Source: a virus
IMG/VR virus record: IMGVR_UViG_3300007511_000004
Location: 1 to 64,000 of that record
Length of the DNA: 64,000 nt
Strand: one strand, 5' to 3'
The position numbers were made by a program, and so were the translations under genes. Every line of letters begins with the position of its first letter. Position 1 is the first letter of the stretch. Below the pieces are notes generated by a model, which was not told the DNA's origin, did no database searches, and saw only the letters and a program-made list of their open reading frames with translations. This document shows positions 59,501-64,000 of this stretch, in pieces.

Positions 59501-60253
59501 ATGGCAGTAACCTCTAGATCAGCTTTATCAGATTACGCACTAAGAAAGTTAGGTTCTCCGGTGATCGAGATTAATGTCGATCCAGACCAAATTGAGGATC
59601 GCATCGATGAAGCGCTGGAAAAATATCGGGAATTCCATGCCGATGGAACGGTAAGGACTTTCGTTAAACATCAGATGTCCGCGGCGGATATCACGAATGG
59701 ATACATAACTCTATCCTCGGATATCATCTCAGTCACTAGAATGTTTTCCCTCACTTCTTCATTCCAAACTTCGAGGAACTTCTTCGATGTTAAGTATCAA
59801 ATGATGCTCAACGATATTACTGATATGCAGAGTTACGTTGGAGGTCTGGCTTTCTATGAACAAACCCAACAGTACCTTTCCATGTTGGACATGAAGTTAA
59901 ATGGTGCACCAACTACTACATTTGCACGTAGACAGAACAGACTCTACATCCATGGGGATACAGTTGATGGCGATCTCGTTGAGGACGATTATGTCGTACT
60001 AGAGGCTTATGCGATTGTCGATGGCACTACATATACCTCTGTTTGGGATGATATGTGGCTCAAGAAATTCGCCACGGCTCTTATTAAAAGACAGTGGGGC
60101 AACAATATGCTAAAATTCGAGGGTATGCAATTACCGGGCGGGGTCACCTTAAATGGCAGACAGATCTACGACGACGCGATCCAGGAGATTGAGAAACTAG
60201 AGGAAGACTTGAGACTGACCTATGAGCTTCCTGCAGATATGATGATAGGCTAA
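59501..60253 (+). CDS. gp13: Neck protein
   Basis: YALRKLGSPVIEINVDPDQIEDRIDEAL, LIKRQWG.N..KF.GMQLPGGVTLNG. Confidence 0.95.
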   Translation: MAVTSRSALSDYALRKLGSPVIEINVDPDQIEDRIDEALEKYREFHADGTVRTFVKHQMSAADITNGYITLSSDIISVTRMFSLTSSFQTSRNFFDVKYQMMLNDITDMQSYVGGLAFYEQTQQYLSMLDMKLNGAPTTTFARRQNRLYIHGDTVDGDLVEDDYVVLEAYAIVDGTTYTSVWDDMWLKKFATALIKRQWGNNMLKFEGMQLPGGVTLNGRQIYDDAIQEIEKLEEDLRLTYELPADMMIG

Positions 60254-60257
60254 TAAA

Positions 60258-61148
60258 ATGCGTAATCCGTATTTCAGATATGATGTAAGATCAGAACAAA
60301 ATCTTTTCGAAGATATCACTATTGAATCCTTGAAAATTTATGGTCAGGATATCTACTATCTTCCACGCGATATTATTGCTGAAGATAAGATCTTAGGTGA
60401 AGACGTCACTTCTAGGTTTAACTCGTCATATAAAGTTGAGATGTACATCGAGAACACTGATGGCTTTGATGGAGAGGGAGATCTATTCACCCGATTCGGT
60501 ATCGAAATTCGGGATCAGGCAACCTTCGTTGTTTCTCGTAAGAGGTGGCAACAGACGGTTCAGAGGTATGATAATGATATCAATGCTCCTCGGCCCGCAG
60601 AAGGGGATTTACTTTATATCCCATTTTCCCGTAAGTTATTTCAGATCATGCACGTTGAGCATGAACAGCCATTCTATCAGTTAACCAACCTTCCGACATA
60701 TTCACTACGTTGTGAACTATTCGAGTATAACGGAGAAGATTTCGATACTGACGTAGAGGTTATCGATTCCATTGAGCGGGATTATGCGTATACCTATATG
60801 CTTACCCTTAACGATAGCGCTCAATCTGGTACATTCGTATTAGGGGAAACTGCTAATATGACCCTTGCATCCGGTACTATTATCTCGGGTGAGGTATCTC
60901 GTTGGAGCGATTCGGATAATAAGCTGGGGCTTATCCACGTCGGAGCTAATGATGGTAACTATCACGTATTTGTTACGGATAGAAGTATTAGCGGTGCATC
61001 CTCTTCTGCAACAGGTACTGTAACGTTAGTAGAAGAAGAGGGTCTAATCAAAGCCGGATCAACTGATACTGAGCAGAACCAATATTTCGATAGTCTAGTT
61101 GATTTCTTGGACTTCTCAGAAAGCAATCCATTCGGAGATCCCGCATGA
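60258..61148 (+). CDS. gp14: Neck protein
   Basis: SEQNL.ED..IES.KIYGQD.YYLPR, GDLFTRFG, P.EGDLLY, DFSESNPFG. Confidence 0.95.
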   Translation: MRNPYFRYDVRSEQNLFEDITIESLKIYGQDIYYLPRDIIAEDKILGEDVTSRFNSSYKVEMYIENTDGFDGEGDLFTRFGIEIRDQATFVVSRKRWQQTVQRYDNDINAPRPAEGDLLYIPFSRKLFQIMHVEHEQPFYQLTNLPTYSLRCELFEYNGEDFDTDVEVIDSIERDYAYTYMLTLNDSAQSGTFVLGETANMTLASGTIISGEVSRWSDSDNKLGLIHVGANDGNYHVFVTDRSISGASSSATGTVTLVEEEGLIKAGSTDTEQNQYFDSLVDFLDFSESNPFGDPA

Positions 61149-61196
61149 CATTTAAAGTATTTTTAATAAACTTATCCAGAGTGTAGGAGCAGGAAT

Positions 61197-61958
61197 TTGT
61201 TTGGATCACATTTCTACCATGAAAGGATTAGGAAATCAGTAGCCACCTTCGGCTCACTGTTTAATAACCTATATGTGGTACGGCAGGATGCTTCGGGTGG
61301 GGTATTAAACCAGCAGAAGGTTCCACTGGCATACGCACCGCGGATGAAATACCTTGAGAGGATTCGGGAACAGCAGGATCTGGCTACTGATCAAAAGGTG
61401 GCGCTGAAGCTCCCCCGCATTTCGTTTGAAATGACTTCGATTCAGTATGATTCGACACGTATGACCAGTAAAACAAACAAATTTAGTGCTTATGATACAG
61501 ATACCAATAAGAAAGTTTTTTATGCGGGTGTACCATATAACCTATATTTCGACTTAAACATATATGCTAATACGCAAGAAGATGCGCTGCAAATAGTCGA
61601 GCAGATCATTCCATATTTTGCTCCGCAGTACACATTGACCCTTAAACCATTTAATGCTTATCCGACTATCAAAGAAGATGTTCCGATCACTATTGTATCA
61701 TCGGCCTTCACTGATGACTTCGAAGGTCCGGTAGACGTACGAAGAACTATTATCTACACGCTTTCATTTGAGATGAAAGTAATGTTCTACGGGCCAATCG
61801 GGGATGCATCCATTATCAGGAGTGTACAAACTAATTACTTCCTTATGGGTGATTCTGACGGACCAGTTACCGAGATTACAACAGTACCGAACCCGCTTGA
61901 CGTCGATCCGGATTCCGACTACGGCTTCACAACTACGAAGGTGGATTATATAGGATAA
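61197..61958 (+). CDS. gp15: Tail sheath stabilizer/terminator
   Basis: MFGSHFYHERIRKSVATFGSLFN, VPLAYAP, LPRISFE, QIVEQIIPYF; TTG start with AGGAG SD. Confidence 0.95.
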   Translation: MFGSHFYHERIRKSVATFGSLFNNLYVVRQDASGGVLNQQKVPLAYAPRMKYLERIREQQDLATDQKVALKLPRISFEMTSIQYDSTRMTSKTNKFSAYDTDTNKKVFYAGVPYNLYFDLNIYANTQEDALQIVEQIIPYFAPQYTLTLKPFNAYPTIKEDVPITIVSSAFTDDFEGPVDVRRTIIYTLSFEMKVMFYGPIGDASIIRSVQTNYFLMGDSDGPVTEITTVPNPLDVDPDSDYGFTTTKVDYIG

Positions 61959-61962
61959 GATA

Positions 61963-62328
61963 ATGAGTGACTCTGATAGACAAGTTGAAGATGATTTTGA
62001 ATATTCTCGTAAGGTATATCTGGATTTAATTGCTACCGGGCAAGAAGCCCTGGGATCAATGTTAGATGTGGCGGATGAGAGCCAACACCCTAGATCTTAT
62101 GAAGTACTGTCCGGTATGATTAAGAATATTAGTGATGTAAACGACCGGCTTATGGATATCCATAAAAAGAAGAAAGATATCGCAAAGCCCGCTGATCAAG
62201 CTGCCTTACCCCCCACCACCAATAATCTATTCGTAGGATCAACTGCAGAATTACAGAAGATGCTTATTTCGAATAAAAAGGAGGAAGATAACGTGATTGA
62301 TGTGAGTGAATATAGTGATGACAAATGA
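61963..62328 (+). CDS. gp16: Terminase small subunit
   Basis: DFEYSR, HPRSYEV, NNLFVGSTAELQKML. Confidence 0.92.
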   Translation: MSDSDRQVEDDFEYSRKVYLDLIATGQEALGSMLDVADESQHPRSYEVLSGMIKNISDVNDRLMDIHKKKKDIAKPADQAALPPTTNNLFVGSTAELQKMLISNKKEEDNVIDVSEYSDDK

Positions 62329-62701
62329 TGAGGGCTATTTAGGTAACGCTAACATTAAACGCGATGGCGTTATCCACAATTTCACAGAATATGAAGTCCA
62401 AGAATATATTAAATGTTCAACGGATCCTGCTTATTTCGCAAAGATATACTGTAAAGTAATCTCTCTGGATAAAGGCCTTGTACCCTTTGACCTTTATCCC
62501 TATCAGGAGAGAATGTTCGAACATTTCAATGATAATAGATTCTCTATTGTCCTGGCATGTCGTCAATCCGGGAAGTGTCAAAAATCTGATTCTTATATAC
62601 ACATACGTAACAAGAAAACAAATAAAGAAGAACGTATAGCTATAGGTGATTTTCATGAAAGAATTAAAAGAAATATGCAGCAAGATAATCAAGGAATCTA
62701 G
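62306..62701 (+). CDS. gp17: Terminase large subunit N-terminal fragment fused to a split-intein N-part
   Basis: YLGNANIK..EYIKC..DP.YF..LYPYQ..CRQSGK, then CQKSDSYIHIR...*. Likely start is the ATG at 62318. Confidence 0.9.
   Translation: MNIVMTNDEGYLGNANIKRDGVIHNFTEYEVQEYIKCSTDPAYFAKIYCKVISLDKGLVPFDLYPYQERMFEHFNDNRFSIVLACRQSGKCQKSDSYIHIRNKKTNKEERIAIGDFHERIKRNMQQDNQGI
62576..62698 (+). mobile_element. Split intein N-fragment (41 aa)
   Basis: Cys1 immediately after the Walker A Lys; block A-like CQKSDSYIHIR..IAIGDF. Confidence 0.8.
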
Positions 62702-63077
62702 TGCAAAGGGAAGGTCTAAACATCCATTATACGCAGATAACATAGATGCCATCATATCAACTCATGATATGATATTTGAGCATATGAAGCACAAGCCTAT
62801 AGGTCAAAAAATATCGAGGCTGTATGCAGAATTAGAAAAGGATGGCTCGGGCAAGGTAGTTTGTGTGGTGTGCAATGTATATACTAGAGATGATATTACC
62901 CAACATATACGCAGGTCTCATAATATGGATATTATCACAGAGTATAAACATATGAATTTTTATGATTGCTTCAAAAAAGAACAAGCCATATTAAGAGAAT
63001 ATAAAGATCACAGGATTAATATAAATTATAATGGATTTAAAACGACAGAGGCATTCAATGCAGCGGTTGCTATCTGA
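62646..63077 (+). CDS. Free-standing ORF between the intein halves; probable degenerate homing endonuclease
   Basis: CxxC..HxxxxH zinc finger; C-terminal EQAIL...GFKTTEAF resembles the tail of a GIY-YIG/T5orf172 domain; no N-terminal catalytic motif seen. Confidence 0.45.
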   Translation: MIFMKELKEICSKIIKESSAKGRSKHPLYADNIDAIISTHDMIFEHMKHKPIGQKISRLYAELEKDGSGKVVCVVCNVYTRDDITQHIRRSHNMDIITEYKHMNFYDCFKKEQAILREYKDHRININYNGFKTTEAFNAAVAI

Positions 63078-63429
63078 TAATACAGAGAGAAAATTCATTG
63101 AAGAGTTTGACGTTTCCGATTATGAAATTCTTACTGAAGATGGGTATAAGGATATTACATCATCCAAAAAGACCATCAAATATGATATATGGAAAGTAAC
63201 CTGTGAGAATGGGCATTTCATAGAATGCGCTGATACCCACATTATTATAGATTCGAATGGCACTGAGATATATGCTAAGGATTCTTTGGGTGCATTGATA
63301 CAGACTATTGACGGTAACAGTAAAGTAATATCTGTGGTTAAGGATAATATTCCCCCAGAACATATGTATGATTTATCTGTCAACTCTGATACACATACGT
63401 TTTATTCTAATGGTATATTAAGTCATAAT
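63058..63429 (+). mobile_element. Split intein C-fragment (124 aa)
   Basis: ILTEDGYKDI, IECADTH (block B), MYDLSV..HTFYSNGILSHN/S (blocks F and G). Confidence 0.88.
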
Positions 63430-64000
63430 AGCATCAGTTCAGTTGCGTATCTATTGTGGTATGCGATTTTCACCCCCGAGAAAACAGTTGCAATCCTGGC
63501 TAACAAAGGGGATACCGCCCGAGAGATGTTGGCGCGGGTTACCTTAATGCTGGAGAATCTCCCGTTCTTCCTTCAGCCAGGAACAAAGGTTTTAAATAAA
63601 GGCTCTTTAGAATTTAGTAACCATAGTCGTATCATCGCCCGAGCGACTTCCGGCTCATCTATTCGTGGTATGTCGGTTAACTTACTTTACTTGGATGAGT
63701 TTGCCTTTGTGGAACGTGCTACTGAGTTCTATACATCAACTTATCCCGTGGTATCTTCAGGTAAAGATACTAAGGTTATTATCACCTCCACCGCTAATGG
63801 AATAGGGAACATATATCATAAATTATGGGAGGGTGCGGTTCAGGGCACTAATGATTATAAACCCTTTAGAGTTGATTGGTGGGATGTACCCGGCCGCGAT
63901 GAAGAGTGGAAGAAACAAACTATTGCTAATACTTCTCCGTTGCAATTTGAACAGGAGTTCTTAAATTCATTCCTGGGGACGGGAGACACTCTAGTTGCTG
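63058..64000 (+). CDS. gp17: Split-intein C-part fused to terminase large subunit C-terminal fragment (runs off the window)
   Basis: Manual translation MQRLLSD...NGILSHN|SISSVAYLLWYAIF..AILANK..IRGMSVNLLYLDEFAF..IITSTANG..FEQEF; GAGG SD upstream. Confidence 0.92.
   Translation, partial: MQRLLSDNTERKFIEEFDVSDYEILTEDGYKDITSSKKTIKYDIWKVTCENGHFIECADTHIIIDSNGTEIYAKDSLGALIQTIDGNSKVISVVKDNIPPEHMYDLSVNSDTHTFYSNGILSHNSISSVAYLLWYAIFTPEKTVAILANKGDTAREMLARVTLMLENLPFFLQPGTKVLNKGSLEFSNHSRIIARATSGSSIRGMSVNLLYLDEFAFVERATEFYTSTYPVVSSGKDTKVIITSTANGIGNIYHKLWEGAVQGTNDYKPFRVDWWDVPGRDEEWKKQTIANTSPLQFEQEFLNSFLGTGDTLVA

Noticed and set aside
62576-63429. Contiguous intein with internal endonuclease, or a group I intron in gp17
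   Set aside because: The three ORFs lie in three different frames, the C-part has its own SD and ATG, and the insert precedes block B. A split intein fits better, though reads should confirm it.
1-64000. tRNA/rRNA genes, diversity-generating retroelement, integrase or transposase
   Set aside because: Almost no intergenic space, and no cloverleaf, reverse transcriptase or recombinase motifs recognised by eye; a tRNAscan/Infernal run would be needed to exclude small RNAs.

Overview
The window is part of a T4-like myovirus genome and covers the virion morphogenesis region. It runs from the end of gp32 through a tape-measure candidate, gp51/26/54/2/4, the baseplate genes (gp48, 53, 27-like, a gp5 split over several genes, 25, 6, 7, 9, 8), a VrlC/DUF4815-like giant protein, tail fibres, gp13-16 and the start of gp17. 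Two large enzyme islands sit among the structural genes. (1) A plus-strand island at 26.4-38.9 kb encodes glycosyltransferases, a methyltransferase, radical SAMs (one cobalamin-type), a carbamoyltransferase, SGNH proteins and a 2OG oxygenase. (2) A minus-strand RiPP-like operon at 45.2-57.5 kb encodes four radical SAM/SPASM enzymes, five 2OG-Fe(II) oxygenases, a cupin, a flavin halogenase-like protein and a P-loop protein. These surround a 191-aa protein ending in CHYSCHYDCHTSRGRR, a candidate substrate. Other highlights: a single gene fuses GT25, PLOD-type GT and lysyl hydroxylase domains, and the window also holds a Pro-free, Lys-rich collagen fibre as its candidate substrate. A D-S-D/A motif is strongly enriched in virion proteins and may be a modification sequon. 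The terminase is fractured by an atypically split intein. A probable -1 frameshift lies at the gp26/gp51 junction. Taken together, the window suggests a phage that heavily post-translationally decorates its own virion. All calls come from motif recognition and synteny; no database searches were run.
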